Positions 36,301 through 47,084 of a stretch of 64,000 nt of DNA are shown piece by piece. The notes beneath the pieces were generated by a model. The model saw only the letters and a list, made by a program, of their open reading frames with translations. It searched no databases and had not been told where the DNA came from. The stretch lies in the NCBI GenBank assembly GCA_963845755.1, contig CAWJTV010000018.1, positions 32,001-96,000 on the forward strand, given 5' to 3'. Numbering within the stretch: the first letter of the stretch is position 1; every line of letters starts with the position of its first letter. This DNA comes from an uncultured Planctomycetota bacterium (GTDB lineage Bacteria; Planctomycetota; Planctomycetia; Isosphaerales; Isosphaeraceae). Both the position numbers and the translations under genes were made by a program.

Positions 36301-37546
36301 GGGGCGATTCTGCCTCGAAGATCAGCCGATTCGTGCCGCGCGGCTCGCGCGCGCCCGGACATGACGAGCCGGCCTGCCGCCTCCCGGCACTCCCGGACCA
36401 CGTGGAGCTCGTCCAGGACGACCGTCGTCCGGCCGCTCGTCCAGGTTGCGTCCAGGGGCCTCATCGCCGGGATCCGCCAGGGGCCCTCCGACGGGATCGA
36501 GGCATGGGCCAGGAACCGGATCACCGCGGAGGGAGACCCTCCATCCAGCGCGACGTTTACCCGTAGCGCCGAGCCCGCCGGCTCGATTCGATAGCCCCGG
36601 ACCGCCTGCCCTTGCACGTCGATCAGCTCGAGACCCGCGTCCAGCTCGGCCTCGATTCGTCCCGCGTGCCTCGGATCGATCTCCACTTGCCATTCTGTCG
36701 TCCAGTTGATGAGTTCTCCGGCGCGCTCCGAAATCCGCCGAAGGTCGATCTCCGTGAGTCCGCTCACCCAGGGCGCCGAGCCAAGGGATCGACCGGCCCG
36801 GCCCCTGCGTCGCCCGCACCTCGATGTCGAAGCGGCCGGACTCTCCCTCGATTTCCCAGAGCGCGCGTGGGGGATCCGCGGCGGCCCGCGGCGCTCGGCG
36901 TGCGCCACGCGGGCCCGAGGCGACCCATCCTCGGGGGAGGTCCAGCTCCAGGACTGTGGTCGCATCGCCGGGAAGGCCGAGCGTGAAACCGCGCCCCTGG
37001 GATTGGGGCCGCGCGCTCATTTCCCAATTGATGGTGAGGGTCTGTTCGCGGGGCGACCCGTCCAGCTCCAAGACCACCGTGCCGGCGGCTCGTGCGCCCA
37101 GCGTTTTCACCGAGTTCGACACGGAGAGGATCGCTGGGGTCCAGGGATCCAGGGCGTATTCCAAGGGACCGGCCGCCGAGACGGCCAGAACCAGTTCGCT
37201 CTGGCCGGTCAACACGCCTTCGGTCCATCGGGCGCGGTGCCGGGCCCGAACCAGCCGGGGCGAAGGCGTCGGCCGCCTGGCGTCGGCGCCGCGTTGCACG
37301 GCGGCCGATCAGTGACTGGAACGCCTTGGGGGAGAGGATGCGCAGCTCGGTGCCGGGGACGAAGTACTTCGAGACGTCTGGCGCTGGGAGATTGATGCCG
37401 ACCACGTCGGGGTCCGCCGCCGCCGTGAGGGCCAGCGACATCATCGCCGCCAGCAGGAGACGGACTCGCCCCGCAACCCGGACTCGGCCCGACAGCCGCG
37501 CGAGCAAGGTCATGGCCGATGACATGATAGGGCGATGGATCATGAT
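30379..37546 (-). CDS. Very large hypothetical membrane protein (about 2400 aa), broken by several frameshifts
   Basis: Consecutive overlapping minus-strand ORFs (36764-37615, 36322-37299, 36150-36965, 32291-36283, 31168-32484, 30665-31540, 30379-30957) with signal-like and transmembrane segments. Confidence 0.6.
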
Positions 37547-37604
37547 CGATCGGGACTCCAGGGCTTCTTCGGGAAGACGGAGGGCTGAGTCAGACCGGAT
37601 TGAT

Positions 37605-37627
37605 TCATCCTTCATCCTTCATCCTTT
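37605..37627. repeat. Heptamer (TTCATCC)x3
   Basis: ttcatcc-ttcatcc-ttcatcc-tt. Confidence 0.6.
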
Positions 37628-37638
37628 CCGGGAAGCCT

Positions 37639-40600
37639 TTACGTCCGTCCCAGTGTGGAGCTCCTCAATGGGTCCTCCGACGTGGAGCCGGCGATTGGTG
37701 ACGGGATGAAATCCATCGTGGAGGGGACGCGGACGCGAATGGCCGTCGAGTCATCCGACCCGACGATCGCCGGTCGTTCGACCGACGAATCGGAGAGGAC
37801 CTGGCCGGTCGCGGGGCTCGATTCCCTGGTCGGGGGGACTGTGGCCTTGTGCCGATCGAGCAGTCCTTGGATCAACAGGCCCAGGAAAGTCAGGGCCGCC
37901 CCCATGAATGACGATTGCAGGACGAGCCAGGTCACGCTCGGCTGCAAGAGCGCGGCGGCCAGCAGGGTGAGAACGGCCGCGCAGGCCCAGGCCGTCCGGA
38001 AGCGGATCCGCGCGAACATCGCGAGGAAGCCGAGGATCAGGGTCGCGCCCGAGCAGACCGCGACGATCCAGGCCCGGGAAAGGACCCAGACGCTCAGGTC
38101 GGTGGGCGGCCCGGCCCGGCTGAAGAGCCAATGATACGAGTCATCGTCGCTGGCCGCGCTTCGCTCGGCGCTCGCTGGCGCGGAGACGGCGTCTCCGATC
38201 CACTGGTCCAGCTCGGCCACGTCCTTCCCGGGCCGGCGCCTCCAGAGTTTGCCGCTCCAGTACCACTGGTTCTCATCGGACCAGCCCGTCGGGACACCGA
38301 CAATCACCCGATCCCAGGGGAGCTGCACATCCCAGAGCGTCTCGAGCACGACGGCACCGTCGAGGAGCTGCGGCATGCGCCAAGGCGATCCGGCGGCGGG
38401 GCCATCGAGCTGGTACTCCAGCTCGACCAGCGTGGGGCGAGAGCCGGCCTCAGGCGGCAGGCGCAACCGGTAGCCGGGTCGCGTCGCATCGTAATCCACC
38501 TGTTCGGTGACCCGGCCGTCAACCCGGGCGGCGAGCCAGCGGGCTCCGTCGGGCATCGCGAAGGAGACGACCGGCCCGTGAGTCTCGACCCAGTACCGCG
38601 CCTGGCTGCGGGTCGTTCCGTCGAAGCCTTGCACCGTGCGAATCAGCAGGCGGGGAACGACAAGGGACGGCATTGCGACCGGATCCCGCGCCAGGACCTT
38701 GAACGCAAACGGGCGGGCCGGCCCGTCCGGTCTGGCGGTGAAGGCCAGGGTGGAGGACGGGTTCCCTCGATTCGCCTGGGTGCCGTCGGCAACGGAGATC
38801 CAGGCCGGGTCGTTCCCCTGGAACTGGATTCCGGGTGCCATGGAGAGCTCCAACCGGACCGGTCCCGCGGCCTCCGGGAACGAGATCCAGGGTATCGTCA
38901 ATTCCCGCTGCGCGGTCGCGTCGAGATGCGGAGCGATCGGCAGGTGGCAGCCGAAGCGCAGCACGGCCTTGTCGAGCGCCGGTCGGGCGAAGGATAAACG
39001 GTAGTGCCGCGTTCCATCGGTCTCCTTGTCGAGCTCCTCGCGCTCGACGTCGCGGTCGAGCAGGTCCCAGCGATCCGCGATCGCCGCCGGCACGCGGACT
39101 TCCAGCGAGGTCAAGGTCCCGTGCCGGACGGTGAGGGTCGTTTCCTGGAGCAGGTCGACCGACCGCCGCGCAGACCTCGGCGGTGAGCACGGTCTGATGA
39201 GTGAGCGACCGCGCGTGCCGCACGATCCGGATCGGTAATGACCGGGCGGCTCCGCTGCCGGAGAGGAGCAGGGGGGGCGTGCCGGTCCGCCGTCGGTGGG
39301 CGACACTGGCCGATCGAGGGGATTCGTGGTCTTGGCCTGGGCCGGGAGGTCAATGGAGCGCGTGACCTGGCCGCTGTCGTCATCGAGCTCCATCGCGAGG
39401 CTGCGATCGGCGGAGACCGTGTAGGAAGTGGCGACGGACGTCGCGGCGTCGGGGGCGAACAGGCCGAGCTTCACCGGGCCGTCGCGGGGAATGCGTTGAT
39501 AGCCCTTGAGCTGGAGACTGGCCTTCATCCGTTCGCGTGCCACGGAAGTCAGGCCGATCTTCAACACCCGCGCCGCGGCGGGCCGAGCCCCGCGATCTTG
39601 ACTCTCCGCTGAGGCTCCATCCCTCGACCACGTCGTTCGGGCCCACGGAGACGACCTCGAGCCCCGGCCCGATGTCGAGCTCGACCTCGAAGAGCTGGCC
39701 GCGGACCCACTGCAGCTCGATGGTCGCTTCGCAACGGGCCTGGTCGGCATCGATTCGAAACGCCGTCTGCGATCGGGTCCGGAGCAACGGTGGCGAGGCT
39801 TCGACGTCCAGTTGCAGCAGGAAGGGTTGTTCCACGAATTCGAAGGCGAGCCGCGTCGAGGGCCGTTCGCGCAGGTCCGCGGGCAGCCCTCCGGTTTCGA
39901 TCCGGCGCAATCCTCGCGACACCGCCGGGCTGATCCAGAGGTTCGGGCTCTGCGTGATGCCGATGGCGCCAGACTGTTCCCGCGCATGGAGCAGGGGAAA
40001 CCCGCCGAACGCGAGCCGATGGGCGGCGGCCTTGGAGTAGGATCGCCGGGTTTTCATGACCAGCCGCCTGGGCGGTGCGTCCGGGCGGAGCGGAGTCCCC
40101 AGCGGGATCGTCAGCAGTCCGGCCTTGCGTGCCCCCTCGATGCCGGCGGCGTCCGTCGGCTGGTCGTCGAGGCGCAGCTCGGTCACCTGGTCTCGATCGT
40201 CGAGGCGGATCTCCAGGCTGCGCGTCATCCCGCGAACGCACCAGATCTGCCACAACGATCGGGTCAACATCTGCTCCGAGTCGATGTCGATCGCGATCTC
40301 CCCTTGCGCCGTCAGCAGCGGAGGAGCCTGGCCGCTCGAATCCGTGTCGTTGGCCCAGCTCACCTCGATCCGGGGCCGGATCGTGAGCGCGGCCGTCAAC
40401 TGCATCCCCTTGCCATCCCGGCGTTCGACCGTGGGAAAGACTTCATTCGCACCGATGATGATGTCGGACTCATGGCGGGAGAACGTAACGTCCAGCGAGG
40501 TCGAGGCGGCTTCGGGGATCGCCAGCGCGAGGACCTTACGCGCGGGCTTCGCCGTCACCTGGGCCCGGAGTTCGACCTCGACACGATGACGGCCCCTGGC

Positions 40601-41140
40601 GCATCAACTCGACTTCCCACTGGGACTGGCCGTTCCTCCGCAAGGTCAAGGCCCGGTCCCCCTCGCGCGCATCCGGCGAGCTTCTGGTCATCCAGTCGGA
40701 TCGGCACCCAGGTCGCGTCATCCGACGGCGTGACGATGGCCAGCTCGACCACGAGGTTCGCGGAATCCTCCTCGATCCGGCCTCGGACTCGGACCGATTG
40801 CACGAAGCCGGGAGTCGACGCCGGCCGGACGCCGGGCGCATTGCCACCCACCCCTTGCGCCGCCGGCGCGACCCGCCTGAGTTCCAGGTCGGGGTGGGCG
40901 ATCCTCTTCAGGAGTGAGTCGAGGTCAGCCGGGCCGGGGAGGATGATATAGATGGGATCGGCCGGTCGACGGACCTCCTCGCCCGGCGTCGACGACGACA
41001 CCGGGAGCCTGCGCCGCCAGGGCCGGCAGTGCGACCAGCGGGGCCAGGAACAGGCACCCCAGGCTCCCGATCAGTTTGCGGGGGAAATCCAAGGAGCAGC
41101 ACCTTCTCGAAGTGGCAAAACCTGGTAGAACCAGCCGCAC
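37639..41140 (-). CDS. Large hypothetical membrane protein (about 1150 aa), frameshifted; start uncertain
   Basis: Chain of minus-strand ORFs (40925-41140, 40555-41001, 39380-40558, 37639-39987) with a signal-like N-terminus and three C-terminal transmembrane helices. Confidence 0.6.
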
Positions 41141-41214
41141 CCTCCTCGTCGCCGGCTGTCGTGCTCTCGAGTCGGACGATGGGCACGGATGCGTGCAGAC
41201 GTCCGTCCGCCCAC

Positions 41215-43084
41215 CTAGTATCCACTATAACATAACATCGGCGTACAGTACCCTCCACGAGGCGGTTGTCCGGATTGCGACCCGGCATCTCGACAGGCGA
41301 TCGGGGATGTTTGCTGATACGTCACGCGCGGGATTGTTCCCTTTCGAGATGGCGAGGCACGTGAGGTGAATAGGGCGTGTTGACTTGTTGAAATCGCCCT
41401 GTCACGTCTTCCCCGTTCTGTCGTGATGGGCTCATCCGGATGACCATGGTCAAGCCCGCCCGGCCGCAGCCGTTCCCGGATCGACCGCCAAGGCAGTCCC
41501 GGAGGCTCACCCACGGCGTCTGCATCGAACGGAACCACTCGGCGAGGCGCCGAGATGGCTTCGTTTTGCCGGTTTTGATGATCGGCAGTAATGGCAGTGG
41601 GTTCGTTTTGCGAGCTCCGATGATTACGGGCCACGCTACCGGAGAGAATGACGAGAATCATCGCGAGCACGACGGTACGGTGAAAGGGTAGCGTGGAACG
41701 CGCGGTCAGCGCAACCTGCGGCGAGGTCGGTTCGTCCTGCCGAGTCGCATGATCGGCCGACGGGGTGGTGGGTTCGTATTGCAGGTTCTCGCGATCGATC
41801 GTCATGGGCCTCGGATCGACTTCGACCGTGGGGTCGGCGATTCCGCCAGTCACCGCCGGATCGAACTCTCCCGCCTCGGATCCTCGTCCTTCCGCGGTAT
41901 CCGCGGTGAAACCCCCGACGGCCTGGGTATCGGCGGGAATCTCACAAAGGCACGACGCAAGATCGTCGCTCGGGCAGGGGGGCGTCCCGTCCCGGGTCGG
42001 GGCGTCGGACTCTGGCTCGTCGGACAAAGGCGGAGCTTCCTCGCTCGACTCGGTTCGTATTCCGCTCCTCGCTCTCGAGCCCGATCGGCGGACTTTGAGG
42101 AGGGTGTCGAGGCTCCGGAATAGCGCTCGGCTGCACGAGAAGTGGTACCGGCGCAGCCGCTCTCCCTCGGTGCTGGTGTCGAACGACAGGAGGGCCGCCT
42201 GCCGGGCCACATCCGCCTCGGCGCGCTGACGATGCTCGGCGGTCAGCGGTTCCAGCCGCGCGATCGCCTGCTCAGCGACGCTCCGCAGCTCCTCGATCGT
42301 CGCCGCCTGGTCCTGCGCCAGTCCCTCGACCAACTGCCGGTCCAGCTTGCGGGCCAGGTACCCGTCGATTTCCGGATGAGGGTTGGCCCGCCGGCGTTCG
42401 CAGTGGTTTTCCCACTCCTCGGCCGTCAGGTTCAGCGGCGGTTTCCCCAGCAGGCGGATCGCCCTGGACTTCTCGATCGACGGCCAGGTCTGGCCCTGGT
42501 CGAGGATCGCGCGGAGCTCGATCCAGCGGTCGAGCATCCACTGGCAGCCGGGACCGGTGGATTCGAGGCGGCGGACGATGGCCCCGGCGTGATCCAGGAC
42601 GTCGAGGGGCCGGGAGGTCTGGGACTTGCGGCCCGGGAGCAGGGCTTCGAGGATCTGGCTCTGAAGCTTGAGGCTTCCCGATCCATTGCGATCGCTGAAG
42701 AGCCGACGGCCCAGGGCGGCGGCCTCTTCCTGCTGACGGTTCGCCTCCAGGACCGGCAGCGTTTCGATGATGTGGGAGAGCCGGGCGACCTCGGCGCGAT
42801 CGGCCCGATCTAATTTCCAGGAGGACTGCACGGCCTGCTCGACCAGGAACTGCTCGACCTCGTTCTGCGGCTGAAGGTCGCCGACTCCAGGACTCCAGCC
42901 GCGCCTGGAGTACCTCGGGATCCTCGCCGGGCAAGACGAGAGTCCTGGCGGTCATGCCGTGTTTCACGGCATTGAACCGCGAGCGGTTCTTGCCCTCGGG
43001 GGTCCGGGGTCCGGTGCTCTTCTGGGCATTGCGGCGGTTGATCTCGGCCCGATCGGACCTGGGCGGGGTCATGGTGGTGGTCAT
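41215..43084 (-). CDS. Hypothetical protein of the NRRNAQKSTGPRTPEGK..SRFNA.KHG family with C-terminal QNEP repeats; frameshift near 42885
   Basis: The N-terminal motif, ERLRRY, and repeats LQYEPT, RQDEPT, SQNEPT, RQNEA. Confidence 0.7.
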
Positions 43085-43329
43085 GGTGCTCTGACCCTGG
43101 TGTGGATGCAACGGCAGTCGTCCCCGGGGCGACACCCGTTTGATCGCTTCGGGTGTCGCCACCGCCTCTTACCCTTACGATCCGCACATGCGCGTTCCCA
43201 GTTGCATAAAAATTGTTACATGTCACAGTTTTCCGACGGGGGAGCACGGGGATCATTCATTGCAACGCGATGGTAAGTCCAGGGTTACATCGAAGCGTGG
43301 GAGGTCTGGGAAGGCCTAAAAAAACCGCG

Positions 43330-43912
43330 ATGACAACCGTGCCCCGAGGAACCGGGTCCTGCCGCCTTGAGCTGGGAGAAGGCCCGACCGAACGCCTCGA
43401 TCTCAAGGCCCGGTCGCTGGAGCCGATGCGGGAGCTTCGTCAAGCCGAAGAAGCCGTCCGGCCAGCGCGTCAAACGTGCCCGGTCGGTCCAGCCCCAAGA
43501 TCAGCCGCGTTCCATCGAGGAACTCCCCCGGCCGCTGATGGCGCACGGCCTCATCACCCGCCTCCCCGATCCCGCGTGGACATCGACGAAGACGACCCGG
43601 GCGATCCGCCTATCCCCATCGTGGGCGAGCCTTCGTCGGAAGCCATCATCCGGGAGCGGCGCTGAAGCGGCGTTGTCGTATTTCGTCGATCCGAGTGCTC
43701 GGATCCGACGCGAGGTTCAGGAAATCCGAACCACCTGGGTTCGCGGCAGCACGGCCACGGCCCGTCCAACGTGATCGACATCGCCCGGCACACCGCCGTC
43801 GAATTCACCGGCCCCGTCGCGTGAGGGCGTAAAGGAAAACGCTCACCCCCCTGCGGCGCATCGTCGATTCTCCACCGCTTCGGCCCGCCTCTCGGTGGTC
43901 GGCATACCGTCG
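43330..43912 (+). pseudogene. Decayed antitoxin plus VapC/PIN toxin pair, toxin 3'-truncated
   Basis: Antitoxin-like end IPIVGEPSSEAIIRERR* at 43665, then YFVDPSARIRREVQEIRTTWVR..VIDIARHTAVEF (PIN pattern YF.DSSAL.KRY..E.GT.WV) with a stop and indels. Confidence 0.55.
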
Positions 43913-44096
43913 AGGCCGCGACGTTTCCCTCGGACGCCCGATGGCTCAGGGAGTCTTCGAACTCGCCTTCGCCCACTTCGAGAAGACGCCGCTCGCCATG
44001 AACGAGGATGAGCCGCTTGATCCACTGGAGGTAGGCAACCCTCGTGCGAATGCTGTAATGCAACCTCCAGACAACTTCACGGACCCGGTCGAGCAA
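43908..44096 (-). pseudogene. intI: Integron integrase N-terminal (SAM-like) fragment; catalytic domain absent
   Basis: LDRVREVVWRLHYSIRTRVAYLQWIKRLILVHGERR..EVGEGEFEDSLSHRASEGNVAAST follows the IntI N-terminus. It is divergent from the cassette array and no tyrosine-recombinase box follows. Confidence 0.85.
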
Positions 44097-44149
44097 GGTG
44101 GGCGTCTTATCTCGTCGCGTTTGGTCTGGATAAACCTTGGAAGGTCTGG

Positions 44150-44178
44150 TTGCAAATGTGGCCTTTCTCGATCATAAT
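44150..44178 (+). promoter_or_regulatory. Candidate cassette promoter Pc
   Basis: TTGCAA-N17-CATAAT about 70 bp upstream of attI, facing the array. Confidence 0.6.
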
Positions 44179-44194
44179 CAATCCCGTGATCCGT

Positions 44195-44200
44195 ATTATA
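44195..44200 (-). promoter_or_regulatory. Candidate PintI -10 box
   Basis: Perfect TATAAT on the minus strand upstream of intI, with no clear -35. Confidence 0.35.
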
Positions 44201-44235
44201 CGCCCATGAGGGCGGGAAAAAAGACGCCCATGCGG

Positions 44236-44256
44236 GCTTCGAAACAATGGTTAGCC
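44236..44256 (+). other. Candidate attI site; crossover G^TTAGCC at 44250/44251
   Basis: CGAAACAATG-GTTAGCC has no attC stem. GTTAGCC is the exact reverse complement of cassette 1 R'' GGCTAAC at 44892. Confidence 0.7.
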
Positions 44257-44286
44257 CGCGCCAGGCGGCAGCAGAGGGGGGCGGAG

Positions 44287-44934
44287 TTGGCGACCTTCAC
44301 CGGATACGACCAGGACCGCATCGTCTTCGAGACGATCGCTGATGAGCGGGCCCCCGGCTTGCTACTCCTGATCCACGGGGCCGTCTTCGCAGGGGCACCT
44401 CTCTACGCCTCGGCACTGTACGGGCTGAAGGGGGCCTCAGCTTGGCTGCTCCTCGTCGTGGGAGTCCTGGCGGGCCTCGCCGAGACCGCCTTCGCCTCGA
44501 TCGTGCTGCTCAAATCCGAGTGGCTCGTCATCGACCTGCGGCGGCGGTCCTATACCGGGCATCGCGGGGTCTTGTTCTGGGGCGACAAGTGGTCCGGGCC
44601 CATCGGCGACTTCCATCATATCCGGCTGAGTGAGGTCCCTCGCGGGCGACATGGCCGTCATCGCCGCCTGGTCGTCGAATGGGTCTGGGCCGAGCCGGGA
44701 CGCCCTCCGTTCCGCGTCACCGGCTGGGGCCGCCTCAAGTCCTTCCGTATCACCCGATGTCCGCAGGGGGGTGACGGTCGAGGATTCCTGCGGGATCTCC
44801 GCGCCGTCGCTGAGGATGTGGGCCTCCCGTTGGTCGTCCCGGAGCGATATGTCGATGGCCTCGGCGTCAACGACCGGGAAGTCGACGGCCCGGCTAACAA
44901 GGCGATGCAGCGGACCCGCTGCGCGGGCCGCTGA
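44287..44934 (+). CDS. Cassette 1: hypothetical membrane protein (reads through its attC)
   Basis: TTG start after a G-rich RBS, two transmembrane helices, stop within attC. Confidence 0.65.
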   Translation: MATFTGYDQDRIVFETIADERAPGLLLLIHGAVFAGAPLYASALYGLKGASAWLLLVVGVLAGLAETAFASIVLLKSEWLVIDLRRRSYTGHRGVLFWGDKWSGPIGDFHHIRLSEVPRGRHGRHRRLVVEWVWAEPGRPPFRVTGWGRLKSFRITRCPQGGDGRGFLRDLRAVAEDVGLPLVVPERYVDGLGVNDREVDGPANKAMQRTRCAGR

Positions 44935-44950
44935 TCTTGCGTCGTTAGGC
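44892..44950 (+). repeat. attC site (59 bp)
   Basis: GGCTAAC..TGCAGCGGACCCGC..GCGGGCCGCTGA..GTTAGGC. Confidence 0.92.
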
Positions 44951-44967
44951 GGCTTACCGGAGGCACT

Positions 44968-45471
44968 ATGAACTACAAGCAAATAGCCTCGCGTCTCACC
45001 GGCATCAGTTGTCCCGTCTTCGGCGTTTCGTGGAATCCCCCGGCCACAGAGGTCGATGTCGCCCAGCGAGTCCTTTCGTTTCTCGAAGACCGCCGTGTAC
45101 TCTACAACGAGTACGAGATGGAGTTGCCTGACCATTGCATGATGTCGGTCATCGACATTCGCCGCTTTCTCACTGACGTTCTTGGCCGCCTTCCCAACAA
45201 GCAAGGGCTTCCGGCCCATCTGCGTATGATGCGTGCAGCTTGTCGTCAGTTCCTGGACAAGAATGGCGGCGAACGATTCCGCGATCACCAACCGCACATG
45301 TTTGGTGGCCCGGAGACGTGGGTTTTTGCCAGCGCACTTGGCGATCTCCGAACCACAATCGGGCTACACGTGGGAATCGTCTGCACCATGTATGGCCTTG
45401 GCGTCGAGGGCGACCTTGCGAAGATACTCCCCCCGCTGCCGAATGACGATAACGAGGAGGCCGATGCCTAA
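44968..45471 (+). CDS. Cassette 2: hypothetical protein (DUF6650-like)
   Basis: GGAGG RBS; IASRLTGISCPVFGVSWNPP..FLEDRRVLY. The stop TAA lies in R''. The family name is recalled, not searched. Confidence 0.75.
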   Translation: MNYKQIASRLTGISCPVFGVSWNPPATEVDVAQRVLSFLEDRRVLYNEYEMELPDHCMMSVIDIRRFLTDVLGRLPNKQGLPAHLRMMRAACRQFLDKNGGERFRDHQPHMFGGPETWVFASALGDLRTTIGLHVGIVCTMYGLGVEGDLAKILPPLPNDDNEEADA

Positions 45472-45525
45472 CAGGCGGTTGCAGCGGACCCGCCTGCGGC
45501 GGGCCGCTGAACCTTTTCGTTAGGC
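45466..45525 (+). repeat. attC site (60 bp)
   Basis: GCCTAAC...GTTAGGC with the conserved stem. Confidence 0.92.
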
Positions 45526-45545
45526 GGCAGTGTGGAGGCGACGCT

Positions 45546-45812
45546 ATGCGGTCGGCCACCCGATCTTCTCTATTCGTGGTCGCGTGGTCGGTCGGGCTGG
45601 CCTCGCGCTACGCGAACCGCGGTGATCCTCAGTGGGCCACGAAGTTGCGGGTGGCGTGCCTGTTCTTCGTCCTCGGAGGAGCCTTGCTCTGGTCGATCCA
45701 GAAGATCTCCAAGCGGCCGTGGCCTTGGTTCGTAGAAGGCATCGCACTACCGTTCGTCGCCGGCGGCTTGATCTACGGGATCGTCGCCGTACGCAACGCG
45801 TTCAGGGGATAG
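45546..45812 (+). CDS. Cassette 3: small membrane protein
   Basis: GGAGG RBS and three hydrophobic segments. Confidence 0.65.
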   Translation: MRSATRSSLFVVAWSVGLASRYANRGDPQWATKLRVACLFFVLGGALLWSIQKISKRPWPWFVEGIALPFVAGGLIYGIVAVRNAFRG

Positions 45813-45816
45813 CTTT

Positions 45817-45874
45817 GTCTAACAATGCGATGCAGCGGACCCGCTGTGCGGGCCGCTGATCTTGGGCGTTAGCC
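45817..45874 (+). repeat. attC site (58 bp)
   Basis: GTCTAAC...GTTAGCC. Confidence 0.92.
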
Positions 45875-45886
45875 AGCGGAGGGCTC

Positions 45887-46169
45887 ATGGCCGACGATCT
45901 TGTGCACCTCCTGCTCGACATCAAGCTCGCCGGCGACGGGTTCGCATCGCCGGACGAGTTTGATCTCCGGGACCGGCTCGTTGAGCGGATCGAGCGACTG
46001 GGCATCGGTGAGGTCGGCGGCTATGGCTCGGGAGTCGGCGGCATGGACATCTCCGTGCTCGTCGCTGATGAAGCTGAAGGTCGGGGGCGGCTGAGTCGAA
46101 CTCATGCAGGAGGTCGCGCCGGATGCTCGCTTCACCATCGAGGTACTTGCAGACGAGGATGACGGCTAA
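45887..46169 (+). CDS. Cassette 4: small acidic hypothetical protein, frameshift near 46090
   Basis: GGAGG RBS; GIGEVGGYGSGVGGMDISV. The alternative frame ends FTIEVLADEDDG* at the R'' TAA. Confidence 0.65.
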
Positions 46170-46224
46170 CGAGGCGATGCAGCGGACCCGCCTGTCGGCG
46201 GGCCGCTGATCTATGGCGTTAGCC
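46164..46224 (+). repeat. attC site (61 bp)
   Basis: GGCTAAC...GTTAGCC. Confidence 0.92.
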
Positions 46225-46234
46225 GGCGTGGGTC

Positions 46235-46564
46235 ATGACACACGATATCGAGGCCGAGTTGACCCTCCTTCCGACCGAGCACGGCGGGCGCCACCTTCCA
46301 GTGTCCTCCGGCTACCGCCCCCAGTTCTATTACAGCGGCCACGACTGGGACGCGGTCCATACATACGTCGATGTCACGGAAGCCCGTCCCGGCGATACCG
46401 TCACCGTCCGGTTGTCCTTCCTTAGCCCGGAAGCGCACGCGGGCAGGATCTTCGCCGGCATGCCGTTCCTCGTGCGCGAGGGTAATCGGGTCGTCGGATA
46501 TGGTCGCGTGACTCGCATCCTTGACTTGGAGGCGGCACATCGACAATCTTCGAAGGAGGGCTAA
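46235..46564 (+). CDS. Cassette 5: stand-alone EF-Tu C-terminal (domain III)-like protein
   Basis: EAELTLL.TEHGGRH.PV.SGYRPQFY..PGD.V....F.VREGNRVVGYG.VT.I parallels EF-Tu domain III. Confidence 0.8.
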   Translation: MTHDIEAELTLLPTEHGGRHLPVSSGYRPQFYYSGHDWDAVHTYVDVTEARPGDTVTVRLSFLSPEAHAGRIFAGMPFLVREGNRVVGYGRVTRILDLEAAHRQSSKEG

Positions 46565-46616
46565 CAAAGCGATGCAGCGGACCCGCTGCGCGGGCCGCTG
46601 AATTTGGGCGTTAGCC
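46559..46616 (+). repeat. attC site (58 bp)
   Basis: GGCTAAC...GTTAGCC. Confidence 0.92.
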
Positions 46617-46641
46617 AGCATTCCGATTGCACGGGGGGGAC

Positions 46642-47005
46642 ATGAGGGCCGATGATGACCCGTACTTCACGGCGACCGACAAGGCCAAGCCGCATCCGCC
46701 CCGCGGCATGGCGCAGCTCGTGGTGCGAATCCCTTGGTGCCTCTCCTGGGTCGCCGTGGCGCTCCTGTCTATGCAGGTGTTCGTCTCGCCGATCATCTAC
46801 CAGTCGCGGCTGGCGACCGGGGCCTATATCATGACGGAGATCGGGGCCGGGGCGGCTCGGTGCCATCTCGGCCTTCGGCGTGCTGGCCATCCGACTGGTG
46901 CGTTCAGGAGGCTCGCCCGATCCGTACACGAGGAGACTGGCTTGGTCGATACTGAGGGGCCTGCTGGTTGTCATCCTCATAATGACGGGGCTCGAGGTCG
47001 CCTGA
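46642..47005 (+). CDS. Cassette 6: membrane protein, frameshift near 46850
   Basis: Hydrophobic segments continue in the shifted frame (LGAISAFGVLAIRL..GLLVVILIMTGLEVA*). Confidence 0.55.
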
Positions 47006-47015
47006 GGGAGGCCCC

Positions 47016-47075
47016 GGCTAACAAGGCGATGCAGCGGACCCCGCTGCGCGGGGCCGCTGATCTGGGGCGTTAGAC
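47016..47075 (+). repeat. attC site (60 bp)
   Basis: GGCTAAC...GTTAGAC. Confidence 0.92.
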
Positions 47076-47084
47076 GGTGGGGCA

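Noticed and set aside
43554..43907. C-terminal part of ORF 43554-44096 as integrase
   Set aside because: No recombinase motifs; it is the antisense of the toxin-antitoxin remnant.
46235..46564. A tuf gene or tuf pseudogene
   Set aside because: It is a self-contained cassette ORF, too divergent from EF-Tu, with no G domain.
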